Assembly (NCBI RefSeq): GCF_009914755.1
Contig: NC_060925.1
Length of the DNA: 64,000 bases
Origin: the human T2T-CHM13v2.0 reference genome, Homo sapiens
Strand: one strand, 5' to 3'
Positions 48,965 to 64,000 of this stretch are shown in pieces. Each line of letters begins with the position of its first letter. Position 1 is the stretch's first letter. Both the position numbers and the translations under genes were made by a program. The notes under the pieces were generated by a model. It was not told the DNA's origin, did not search any database, and worked only from the letters and a program-made list of their open reading frames with translations.

Positions 48965-50349
48965 CGGATTCCTCGCGCGCCGGCTGCTTGGCGTTGCCGG
49001 GAGACGGGGCGGGGCGTCGTCGGGGTCTCCCGGGCGACCGCACAAGCGTCGGCGTCCTTAGCGTTCCGCCGGTTTAGGCGGAGGCGGAGGCGGAGCGTTT
49101 GGGGGCGGCCGGGGCGGCTTCGGCTTCATCGGAGAAGGCGGCGCGGCTGCACCAGGTTTGGCCGCGGGCGCGCGGGGCCAGCGCCCTCCAGACCCACGGA
49201 GCGCCCCGAGCGCCTCGCGAGCCGCCGCCAAATGCGCCCCAGGTCCGCGGCCGGCGCCAGTGCTGGGACCTCGGCGGCCGGTGTCGGAGCGCGGCGGGAG
49301 AGACCCTGCCTTGGGTGCGGGACTGGGACGGCTCGGACCCAGAGGGCTCCCGGGGCTTCGCCTCTCGGACGGGTCAGGGCTCTGCGGTCTCAGGACGCTC
49401 CCCCGTGAGTCTCGGCGGCCCCGGGGTCTGGGCGGCGTCGCTGCCCCACAGGCCGGGCGCGTGGGTTTTTCCGGGGCTCTGCCTCTGAGCCACCCTCGGA
49501 GAAAAGACAGCTCTGTGCGTCCCGCGGCGCCCGCAGCTTTCGGCAAACATGTTTAAAGGAGCTCCCCGAAGGAACTGGGGACGTCCGTCCGCTCATCAAA
49601 GGCTTCAATCCTGTCGGTGTCCCCGGGCCCTCTCCTAGCTGGGCCAGCGCGCAGGGTGGGGGGGCGCTGCAGGTGTCGCGGCCCCCCCCAACCTCCGCAG
49701 ACCCTTCCAACCCCTCAGACCCCCCAAAACCCCCAGATCCCCCAACCCCCCATATACCCCCAACCCCTCAGACCCCCCAACCCCCCAGACCCCCCAACCT
49801 CCCAGGCCCCCAGACCCCCCAGCTCCCTTGCTCCCGGGAGCTCCCAGGCCCGTCCTGCATGCGCCTTGGGGTTGTTCCTCCTTGATGGACGCCGCCTCCG
49901 GGTTCCATCCCAAGTTTAAATGCCAGAGATTTCAATGGAAATAAAGCCCCCATCTTAACAGCGTGAGGATGTTTTGTAAACAGTATTGGGGACAGCTGGG
50001 GAAGTCACATTTGTGTCTTCTCTTTAGAGGGACAGTGTTCGCCTGAGGGTCCATCCCAGGGTTCCCTCAGGGCCTCTGGAGGAGTTGATGCCACCAGTGT
50101 CTGGCCGTGGGACACCTGGGCGTGGGCGCCCAGCACCAGGGGTTCGCTGACAGCTGCAGGGTTTCCGGCCATGCGCCCGCGGACGTGCAGCTTCTGTGTC
50201 GGTCCCATTAAGAGGAACCTGGCCTGGGCGACGTTTGAGGACCACGGGGAGGACACAGTCGCGGTCCCCTTCTCGGAGTCCAGTCTGTGCCACAGGCTCT
50301 TGCCGTCTGCGGCAACTCATTGTGGAGCTGAGCCAGTGTTTCCACTTCC

Positions 50350-53534
<3,185 letters not shown>

Positions 53535-56095
53535 CTAAGAGATGACTTCGGAAAGAGGGAAACTGAGGCGGAGCTCCCAGCCGTGCCAAACAGCAGCTCC
53601 TCCTGAGGGCTCCTGGGGACCTCAGTGAGGCTCGGTTTTGGGGGCCTCGGTGGGGCTCGGTTTTGGGGGCCTTGGTGGGGTTCGGTTTCTGTTGCGTCAC
53701 CTCTATGCGGTCCCTGGGGCTGGCGTGCCAAGGCTCGCTGGCTTCCTACTGCACTGGGACTCCAATTATCCGCAGGCCATTCCCAGAAGGGCTGCTCTTC
53801 CCAGCAGGCCAGGCCGTGCCTCCCTGATGGGGGGTGCTCTTCAGCTCACGGGGAAGGGGCTCAGTCCCCACATAGCTACACCAGGACGTGCGTGGACGAG
53901 GGAGGCTCAGAACTGCAGCTGGGTGCCCTTTACCCCCGGCAGTGCTGAGCCTGGACACCTTGTCCACCCCCCCACACCGACATGCAGGGCCCAGAGGCCT
54001 CCTTGCCTAAGGGAGGAGCAGGTGGAGGTGTTAGCTCTTCCAAACAGGCAGGTGCTGGGGGAGGCTCAATTATCAGCACGCAGTTAATCCCCTAATTAAA
54101 GGAGGCAAGTGCTGTTCATGGCCCCACCTCCTCCCCAGCCAGGCTGCTGCCCTGCAACGAGGCTGAAGCCTCCTGCTCTGCGGAGGCAGGCCCTGTGTTC
54201 TGCGCTGAACAGGGCTGTGGCGACCCCCAGCCCCTCCCGGTGCCCACGCTGCCCCTCCCCCCATTGCCCCCTGGGATTGCCCCCCCTCCCCCACCCCACC
54301 CCATCTGGGACTCCTGCCCCTACAGCAGCCGCAGCAGGCCCAGGGGTGAGGCCAGCCTCACGTGGCGCCTGTTCTGTGGGTGGGGTGGGGCCTTCCTTGC
54401 TCTGGGCAGAGGGGTGCCAGCCCTGAGGTCCTGGAGCCTCCCAGGCTGAGCCACTGGCCCTGATGCCCACTGGGCTCTCGGCCGATGGACGACCAGGAGA
54501 CGTGGGGACCAGCGGGCTGGGCTGTGGGTGCTCCCTCCTCAGAGCTTCAGGAACCCTCTGTGTGGGGGGCGTCTCTTCCCTAGAAACTGTCCTGTGCTGG
54601 CTAAAGAGCCTCCGGCGGCTGTGGGACAGCCTCAACCTTGCCAGGGCTGAGATGACGATGGTTGCAGCTGCCTTTGGAGCTCGGCTGCCTGGCTGGGCAG
54701 GAGGCTGGGGGGCCTCTGTCCCGCCATGGCTTCCCCGGGACCCCACCCTCCGCCCTCCCCTGTGGCCTCAGTGGGCCTGGCACCCAGGCAGAGACTCTCG
54801 GGTTGGGTCGTGGGGCCCTGGGAGCACAGGCTGGGGCATCCGCGGACCCTCGTCTCCCCAGTGCCAGGTCCCTGAGCCCGCCTGCAGGTGGCGTCTCTCC
54901 CTCACGGGTGCCGGGCCCGGACCTGGGCACTGCACTTGGCGTTGCCGACCCAGCCGCTCCGACTCCTGCCCGGGAAGTCAGGCAGTGTGGCCGGGACCTT
55001 CCTCAGGAGACCCTGAGCAGGGGTTCTCAGGACCTGGGGGATCTTCGGAGCTGATGGGAGGCAGCCCCGCCGGGCTGGGTGGGTGGCAGAAGGCCCCCTG
55101 GCCTCGGCCTGTGAGGCCGGCTCCCTCGGAAGTGAAGCTACGGCACCTCGAAGCTCAGACCACAGCCATCCTCACATCCCCCGACGGCCCCCGTGCCTCA
55201 GGGGCCCCCCTTCCTACCTGCTGGCGACTCAGCGAGGTGGGGGCGTCTTCCCGTGCCCATGGCACCTCTCTCTGTTGCCACATTCTACCTCCTGAATCAA
55301 GGGGTGCCCCTCGCCCGTGGGGAGGTGGGGCCTGTGACCAACACCCTTGGGGCCAGCGTGGGGCAGACACCCCAGCTTCGAACCCCAGACGCCCACCTGG
55401 GGCCCCATCCACCAGCCCCTCTGCCTCACGCGGGTCTCTATGCACCAAAGTCCTGCGTCCACACAGGAAACCCTGGTTCACCGTAGGGACGCCAGTCACT
55501 CAGACGCAGGCCAGAGCTTTGGCCGTGCAAGGATGCAGTTTAATTACATATGACACAGATGGTGAAATACGTGCAAAGCACGGAGCTGTGTCTGTGAAAA
55601 TGAAGAGGAACACTGAGGAGCAGCACGAGGACAAGCCCCACACTTCTGCGGTTGCTGTTGGCCTCAGCTCTGCCGCCTCAGGGCACAGCCTTCTCCGCAG
55701 TTGCTCTCCTGGCCCCGCAGGGTCGTGTGTGCCTGCATGAAGCTAAAACAAAATGCAGAGCTTCTCAAAACTGCTCTACTTCATACCATTAACCGGTCAG
55801 CCACCAGTACCAGCAAACCCGCAGATGGGACGCAGAGGCTTCCAGGAAAACAGCAACACCAAACACACCGGACGGGAGTCCTGGCTGCAGGCCGTTCTAC
55901 ATCCAGGGCCCCGGGTAGGCAGCGCTTACTCTTCCCCCATGCAAGCCCCTCCCTTGTGGACAAAGGCAGAAGTGAAGGTGGTGCTCTCCAGATGGGGCTG
56001 TAAACGCTGCGTCCTGTGTGCTCTGCCTGGGATGGCTCGCCCTGGACACCAGCCCTGGCCAGTGAGAAGCCCAGGAGCAAGTACGGAAGCTCATG

Positions 56096-56865
56096 CAGCA
56101 CACACTTGAGCACACACCTGCACGCACACCTGCGCACACGCCACACACACCTGCGCACACTCCTGCACACACAGTGCACACACCTGCACACACACCTGTG
56201 CACACACACCTGTGCACACGCCACACACCCGTGCACAAACCTGAGCACACCTGCACACACACCTGAAAACACACCTGCGCACACCTGAGCACACATCTGC
56301 ACTCACCTGTGCACACACCTACACACACACCTGAGCACACCCCACCCACACCCCCATGCACACACCTGTGCACACCACACACACCTGCACATACACCTGA
56401 GCACACATCTGCACACACCTGAGCACACACCTGCGCACACACCTCAGCACGTATCTGCAAACACTTGAGCACACACCTGAGCACACACCTGCACACACTC
56501 CTGCGCACACTCTACATACACTTGAGCACACACCTGGGCACACACCTGCACACACCTGCGCACACACCTGCACACACTCCTGCACACACCTGCGCACATG
56601 CCACACACACCTGAGCACACACCTGTGCACACTCCTGCGCGCACACACCTGCACACACGCCACACACCTGTGCACACACCTGCGCACACCACTGCATACA
56701 CACCTGAGAACACACACCTGTGCACACACCTGCGCACACCACTGCATACACACCTGAGCACACACCTGCACACACACTTGGGCACCCACCTATGCACACA
56801 CGCCTGGGCACACACCTGCACACACACCTGGACACACACCTGGGCACACACCTATGCACACACAT
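56096..56865. repeat. CA-rich tandem array (cacacacctg[c/t/a]g…)
   Basis: Direct inspection. Confidence 0.92.
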
Positions 56866-58862
56866 GCCCTGCAGTTGAGCTCTGAGAAACCACCACCCTG
56901 TCCACTTCGCAATTGTGCTTCCTGCTACGTCCACAGCTCTGAGTTTCTGAGCTCTGGAAGCAGACGTGGTAAACGTGCATGTTCCAGCCACTGCATGTGG
57001 GGTCACTTGTTACACGGCAGCAGCTAACTCATGCAGGAAGCCACGTGAATTCTGGGCGTGGTTGGGGCCTCCTCCTGCACCCAGTCCGCTCACTGCTTGG
57101 GGCTGCCACATGCGTGGGGTTGCTGCCTCTGAGACCTCACATTCCCGGGTTCCCTCAGCCTCTGTTCTATTGGAAACTGCAGCCCTGTGGGCACAGGCAG
57201 GGCAGGCACTGCAGGTTCTCTTTGGAAGGAGCTTCGCAGGCTGAGGGTGGGGCCCTTCGCCACCCACTGCCCCACCCAGGGAGAGGCTGCCTCGCATCAG
57301 CTCCGGGGTCTCCACGTTCTCCAGACCCCAAGAACCCCTTGGCCTTGCAGAGTCTCTGTGAGTCAGGAGCTCAGCGCTGGAAGATGCATCCAGGTCAGGC
57401 AGAGACCCCTGGTCCAGCCTCCCCCTCACTTGCTGCTGGCCTGGGCCACGGCACTGCTGCAGGCTCCGCGGACTTTAGGCTCATTTAATGCCTGACCCTG
57501 AGTGGCAAGCCCCACCCTGGGCAAATATTTATTTGACAAATAAGGGCTCACCAGGACGAAGGCCATGGAAGGCTTTCCCCAGGGCAGCCGCTGAGCGGCT
57601 GTGGAGGCCGAGGGGTCTGTCCGCCTGGGGGAGGCAGGAGGGATGTGGGGAAAGGGGGGCCTCTGACCGTGAGTCCCCAGATCGGTTCAGGGGCGGTGGG
57701 AGCCCCGGCTGCTGGAGCCTGGTCTGCGTGGTACAAGACGGCCCCCGTGCCTGCTCTCTCTGTTCTGATGAGAGGATAGGGAAGGCCATGGTGCTGGAGG
57801 AGCTCCCGGCTCCCGGGGCTGTGGCCCAGAAAGACGCCCCAGGGTGGCACTCAGACAGTGAGGTGGCCTGTTGACCCCACAGGGAAGTGCTTGGTCTCAG
57901 GGCCCAGTACAGCTGCCCCCACAGGAGCCTCTACCACAGAAGCAGGCATGGAGGAGCTCGGAGGACCGTGGCGGGGACAGGGGAGGGTGTGTGTCTGCCT
58001 CGAGGCCTCTCCTCCAGGCCTTCCTCTCCTTCAAAGGGACTGCCGCGGCCGAGGTGTGGCCTGCAGGGGTGGACTCTGAGGCCAGCAGGGGCCCGCCCGA
58101 CACCTCACCTGAGCTACACTCTTCCCCTGACAGAGGTGGCCGATGGGGCTGGCTGAGCTGGGCCTTTTATGCAGGAATGGACGCCCTTGGGGTCAGCCTC
58201 AGGGGTTAACCCTTAGCATCCTCTCAGGCCAGGATTCCAGGAAAGATGTTTCCTCCACAGGCCCTCAAGTTACCCCAGGGCAAAGAGTGGATGGCCCAGG
58301 CCCTGTGCAGAAAGAGTCCTGGGTCCTCCGTCCTCTTCCAACCTCCTGCTGAGAGTCCCAGGCAAGCACAGATTCCCAGGCTGGGGTATCCCATCCAGAC
58401 TTTCGCCCTCTGTACCCTTCGTGCTGGGCCTGGGGTGGAGTGTACTTGGAGGGGACCCATCCTCAATCCACCTCGTTCCGGAGAGCTGAGCCCTCAAGAA
58501 GCCCAGGAGAGCAGCTCGGGGGAGCACGGACCCTGCTTCCAGCCCTGGGCCATTCGCCCGCTGGAAAAAAATCCCCAAAATTTGCTGATAAATATAAGAA
58601 AGTCACAGCAGCCTTCAAACAAGCAGACTCCATAGACAGACTCCAGAACCGCTCCGCAGGCACAGGAGACACCAAACACACTGCTGTCCGTCACAGTCAG
58701 GGACCCCCCGGGAAGGACGGGGGACGGAGGAGGGCAGGGGCCGCGGGGTGGGGGCCGAGGGCCTCCCCGTCAGCTGGCAGCAGCGGCCCCTCAGCAGCCT
58801 GGAGTGCTGGCCTGCCAGCCGGTCTGCCTGTCCTGCGCCATGGCCTCCCTGTGCGTCTGTGA

Positions 58863-59172
<310 letters not shown>

Positions 59173-59177
<5 letters not shown>

Positions 59178-59361
59178 GGGGGAGGCGGGGTCTTTCTCTG
59201 CCTTGGGGGAGGCGGGGTCTTTCTCTGCCATGGAGGAGGCAGGGTCTTTCTCTGCCATGAGGGAGACGGGGTCTTTCTCTGCCATGGGGGAGGCGGGGTC
59301 TTTCTCTGCCTTGGGGGAGACGGGGTCTTTCTGTGACTTGGGGGAGGAGGGGTCTTTCTCT
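59173..59361 (+). repeat. 27-bp tandem repeat x7 (gccttgggggaggcggggtctttctct)
   Basis: 189 bp, exactly 7 units. Confidence 0.92.
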
Positions 59362-59514
59362 GTCCCCAGTGGGGAGTCTCGCTCACCTCGCTGCGGCTTC
59401 AGCGGCCCTCCGCGAGCAGCGGGTGTGAGGTTTGCTGGTTTGGGTGTCGGAAAGCCAGCACACCCGAGGTCCGGCTGCTGCACCCACAGGGTTCGCGCTT
59501 TGACTTGTTGATGA

Positions 59515-59868
<354 letters not shown>

Positions 59869-62533
59869 CCGCCGCAGCTTTATTGATCTGAATAAGCTTT
59901 TCCGCGTGGATGCTTTATGGTTCTTTATGGTTGTGTTTCTTTAGTGCTTGGTGGATATTTTCCCAAATGCAGCTCCCTGGAGGCGCTTGCCTTGTGAGGA
60001 GCAGGAGCCTGAGAGTGCGGAACCGAGCGTGTCCTTCTCGCCGTCCCCTGGAAAAGATGAGCTGTGTCTGGTCCCAGCACATGATGCTCTGTTTTCTGAA
60101 ACGGCACCCCTGGGTCTCTGGACAAGAGCCCTCCCCATCTTGCCCCTCCAGCACACAGGATGCCCTCCACAGCCACTCCCAGGGGGCTGGACAGAGTGGG
60201 GCTGAGCAGCGGCCACGGGAAGCCACCGGCCACCCAGACCCCCGTCCTCCCCGGGTGCTGCCCTGGGCCTAGGTGGCCAGGTCTGGGGGGCCGATACCAC
60301 GGGCTACGCCCAGCCCCACCCGGCTCCTGTGTGGTGTCAGGGGCTCTGGCATGCCGGCAGGCCAGTGCTCTCGTGAGAGGTGGGTCCCCAAGCCGGCCCC
60401 AGCGAAACTCAGTTAAAGGACGAGTCTGCTTTTGGGCCTTATGTTTCCCAACTCCATGGGCAGAGCCACAGGGCCGCTGCCTCCTCCACCGTGGCTGGAG
60501 ACAAGGCGGCCCCGGGTCTCTGTGAAGCCCTGGCCACGTTCAGCCGCAGGGCCCTGGGTGTCATCGCCACCGCCCCACTGTGGCCCAGGACTGGGGCTTT
60601 GGTGGCCCGTGCTGTGGGAGTGGGGGCAGCCAGCAGCCAGGGTCACAGGCCTGAGCCTCGGACAAGCACAGAAGGACCCCCAGGTCTGGTGCTCGTGCTG
60701 ACTGCCAAGGGCAGCGACTGCAAGACGGGGGTGCAGGTTTCGGGCGTGGCGCGGGCTGCGTCGGGTTCTGGCATTCAAACATATCATGCGGGACCAGGCC
60801 TGGGGTTACAGGTGGGGCGGGCGCGCAGGAGAGGGGAGCCGTCCCGGAGCCGCTCTGCACCCAGAGAGGTGTGAGGTGCAGCCTTTCCCCCCTGCCAGGA
60901 AGCGCAAACCCTGCTTTAGACCCCAGGGAGTTGGTGCCCCCCCCAGATGCCCGCGGCTTCTCCCACATGGGGAGCTGTCCATCTGTGAGGTCAGACCTGG
61001 GCTGCGGGCTTGGCCACCGCTGGATGCCAGCCAGACCTGCCCCTCTGACTTTTCTTGCTCTTTTCTCTCTGCTTTTCCGAGGCCGGCTTTCCGCGAGGCA
61101 CTTACTTGAAAATGGAGCCCCGGCATTCCTGCATGCACGGACACTAAATCCAAGGCCAGCTCCTCTCTCAGAGCAGAAGTTAAAAATTATTCAATGCCAA
61201 ATTCCTGGGCTGTGGAGCAGTAGTGGTTGTACCAGGCAAAGGTTCCCGCCGCCTTCCGCCGGCCGGGCAGAGATAAGACCATGAGGGCGCCCGGGGGAGT
61301 CCGCGCCTGGCCCACACTGCCCTCCGCCGTCCTGGGACCAGGCCCACACCGCCCTCCGCCCTCCCAGGACCAGGTAGGACTGAGGCTCTGTGGGTCTGAC
61401 CCACAGCGTCTGGGAGGTTTTGTCTCAAGGGCTGGTGGCTTCTGATGAGCCGAAAGCCCCCGCACCCACGGCCCCACAAAGCTTTTCTTCCGGGACCAGC
61501 CCCTCCCCAGTCGCCTGGCCAAGGCCCAGCCCTTAGGGGCCTCCATGGTGTGCTGGGGAGGACCTGGGGGTCCCGCTGGTGAGCCCAGGGCACAGTTGTG
61601 GCAGGCGGAGCCCGCGGGGAGGGCAAGGCCTCAGAAGAGGAGGGATTCAGCCGGAGGGCCTTCCCCAGGGCTGGCGGCTTCTGCTATTGGCTGGGGGGTG
61701 GTGAGGGTCAGCTGGGGCCTGCAGGGCTGTGCTGGCCAGGTGGGCCGGGCCTGGGGTCCCACAGCCTGAGCGGAGATGCCTGGAGGGGGCCACAGGGTGA
61801 CCATGTGCCCCCCGGGAGAAGCTGGGGTCTTGGGTCCCCGTGATGATTATGGGTGTCTGGGGGTTCCTGTAGGAAAAGATGGCTGCGAAGGCCCCAGAGT
61901 TCCTCGGGGCCTGTGAATGACCCAGCCAGGGGGCCCTCAGAGGGGGAGAGAGACTGAGAAGCCATGATTTACATTTCCTGGCAGAGAGCTCTTGCAGGGA
62001 AACCAAATTTATTCCAGTTGACAAGGTGCGTGGGCATTGGGAACAACGTGGGTGGGGGCACAGCCTCCTCTGTCCCGGCCGAAATCCAGTCCTGCAGAGA
62101 TTTGGAGCACAGAGCATCAGGGCCGCCTGTGAGGCACAGAGCGAATGGGGCACCAGCCTGCCCTCGGCCTCAGACACGGAGAGGCTCCCACGGCACTGAG
62201 CCACGCATGGCCACGCGACAGAGGGACAGAATGCCGTGGCCGTGTAGGGGAGCTGCACTCTGCGTGGCCCTGGGATGGGAAAATCCAGGGAAACAGACAC
62301 TGTTATGGATGTGAGCATCGGCTGCCAGAACGAGAGGAAGCAGAAGAGGGGAAAAGGCCGATTATCGTAGAAGAGTTAGGAAAATCAATCAAAGATACCC
62401 CCTTGAGAACAGTTAAGTTCACAGCTGTGAGTTCTGGAAACCTTTATGTTTTAAAAATGATTCCGAGGACTCAGAGGGTAAAGCTCGCACCAACTTAATT
62501 TGTTATTGCCTTTTCTATCAAAGTTATGCTTGT

Positions 62534-62800
62534 GGCCGGACACAGTGGTTCGCATTTGGGAGGTCAAGGCGGGCGGATCACTTGAGGTCAGGAGTTCGAG
62601 ACAAGCGTGGTCAGCATGATGAAACCCTGTCTCTACTAAAAATACAAAAAAATTAGCTGGATGTGGTGGCGGGCACCTATAATTCCAGCTACTCTGGAGG
62701 CTGAGGCAGGACAATCGCTTGCACCTGGAAGGCGGAGGTTGCAGTGAGCTCAGATGGCACCATTGCCCTCCAGCCTGGGCAACAGAGTGAGACTCTGTCT

Positions 62801-62832
<32 letters not shown>
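62534..62832 (+). mobile_element. Alu (AluS-like) with a long poly-A tail
   Basis: Alu consensus. Confidence 0.9.
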
Positions 62833-62834
<2 letters not shown>

Positions 62835-63589
62835 AGTTATGCCTGTAGGTTGCTTGAGAGTCAAACACTTCTGCAAGGCTTGGACACATATGATCTTCAG
62901 GCCGCGCCGAGGCCACCAGCTCCGTGTGCTGGGAGGCTCCTGTGTTTACTTCCAACGTCACTGGCAAACGGCAGCTTCTCAGCACTCCAGCTTCAGGGTC
63001 AGCCCTGAATCTGCCCTGTGGAAGGGGCTGTTTGCCGCCCTCCCACCTCTCGTCCCGCCGTCACGCGCCGCGCCTGGTCTCTGCTGTCACTCTGCTGGGC
63101 GCCGGGGACTAGCTTGGTGCCAGGTCCACCGTGGCCGCCTGTTCTCACCCGAACTCTGAGCTGTTTCCCTGAAGTTAATAATCGCCTTTGCTTTTCTTCT
63201 TGCTTAGCTTTCTCTGAACTCATTACTAATTCAGCCTCAGACTCTCCCCCATGACTTAAATTCCGGCACGCCAGGTATTTCTGAGGGGCCTCCGGGAGCC
63301 TCCTGCCCTGCCCGGGGCTGGTCGGCTCCCTCGGGCCTGGGGCAGGGCTGGCGTCTTGCAGGCTTCGTGGTCCGTGTCACAAAGGTCCCATTGCTTCTCC
63401 CCTGGGTGGGATTTTCCCGGGCCCCACACCTCCCCTTTCTTGTCTTCTCAGTGTTTTGGTGGAACAAGCCCCTCGCAGCTCCCCGTGAGGTGCAGGGGGT
63501 GGGCCCCCACCACGCCCACAGCTGCAGCTGCCTGTGAAGGGCACAGGGCGGGCCCCCACCAAGGCCTTCGCTTCCCTGCGAGTTGAGAA

Positions 63590-63990
63590 AACCTCGCCGC
63601 AGGGTCCCCGGCTCCCGAGGCTGCTGTGGGTCCGGCAATGGCATCCCAACCCCGGGGCCTTGGTATGGAACCTGTTTCTGCGGGTTTTTTCCTGAAAGTT
63701 TTTGGGGCCTTCTTTTTGTCTCCATCTCTGCTGTCCTGTGAAGGTGGATCTTTGTGTGGTTCCGTTTTCATCCCTTTCACGGGGTCCTCAGTGGCTCTTT
63801 CTGTCTGGAAATGCCTGAGCTTCGGCTCCAGGAAATGTTCTTGAATTACAATTTTTAAATGATTTTGTTCTTTATCTTTTCTTTTTGTTGTTGCTCTCTC
63901 TTTCTCTGGTGAATATTGCTGCAATTTGGAGCAGGTCCTCTAATCACCTTTTCTATCCCATTTTCTTTGCCTTTTCACGTCACGTTCGGG
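63590..63990 (-). mobile_element. Ancient L1/HAL1 ORF1-like remnant
   Basis: The minus-strand translation IQEHFLEP…FQTERA…DKKKAPKTFRKK resembles L1 ORF1p IQENFPEL…QIERAHR…DKEKILKA.REK. Confidence 0.5.
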
Positions 63991-64000
63991 GAACGTCCTG

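Larger units (their letters stand above)
47950..49560. promoter_or_regulatory. C1orf159: CpG island / promoter of C1orf159 (includes a C-rich repeat at about 48095-48410)
   Basis: Very high CpG density; GC boxes (ggggcggggc); ACTACAnnTCCC motifs. Confidence 0.9.

Noticed and set aside
54463-55740. 425-aa + strand ORF
   Set aside because: Low-complexity Gly/Pro/Trp/Arg composition with no domain or clear exon structure; probably a GC-content artefact. PhyloCSF would settle it.
55781-57006. Cys/Val- or His/Thr-rich ORFs resembling metallothionein or keratin-associated proteins
   Set aside because: Translations of the CA/TG repeat.

Overview
GC-rich, Alu/L1/LTR-dense primate (human-type) genomic DNA that I recognise as the 1p36.33 RNF223 - C1orf159 region. 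Two protein-coding genes lie on the minus strand. RNF223 has a single coding exon (5911-6660, 249 aa RING-HC/TM E3 ligase) with a TATA-driven non-coding exon 1. C1orf159 has 8 core coding exons (15506-24157, 198 aa type I membrane protein), alternative exons, and a CpG-island promoter at about 48.7 kb carrying four ZNF143/THAP11-type motifs. The most striking feature is at 587-3613 on the + strand: the 3' half of an intron-containing, inactivated SH2-type tyrosine phosphatase gene (a third SHP1/SHP2-like paralogue). Its exon sizes match those I recall for PTPN11 exons 7-13. It carries a dead P-loop (HFSGGIGCTG), broken splice sites, a stop codon, an inverted self-duplication of its WPD/catalytic exon, and a minisatellite grown from the catalytic exon-intron junction. 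The rest is repeats: large VNTRs (30-, 32-, ~75- and 29/32-bp units), LTR13A, LTR12, MER4-group and MER50 LTRs, old L1 and many Alus. Almost all long ORFs in the supplied track are repeat or GC-content artefacts. Gene names, repeat families and reference exon sizes are from memory; no database search was run.
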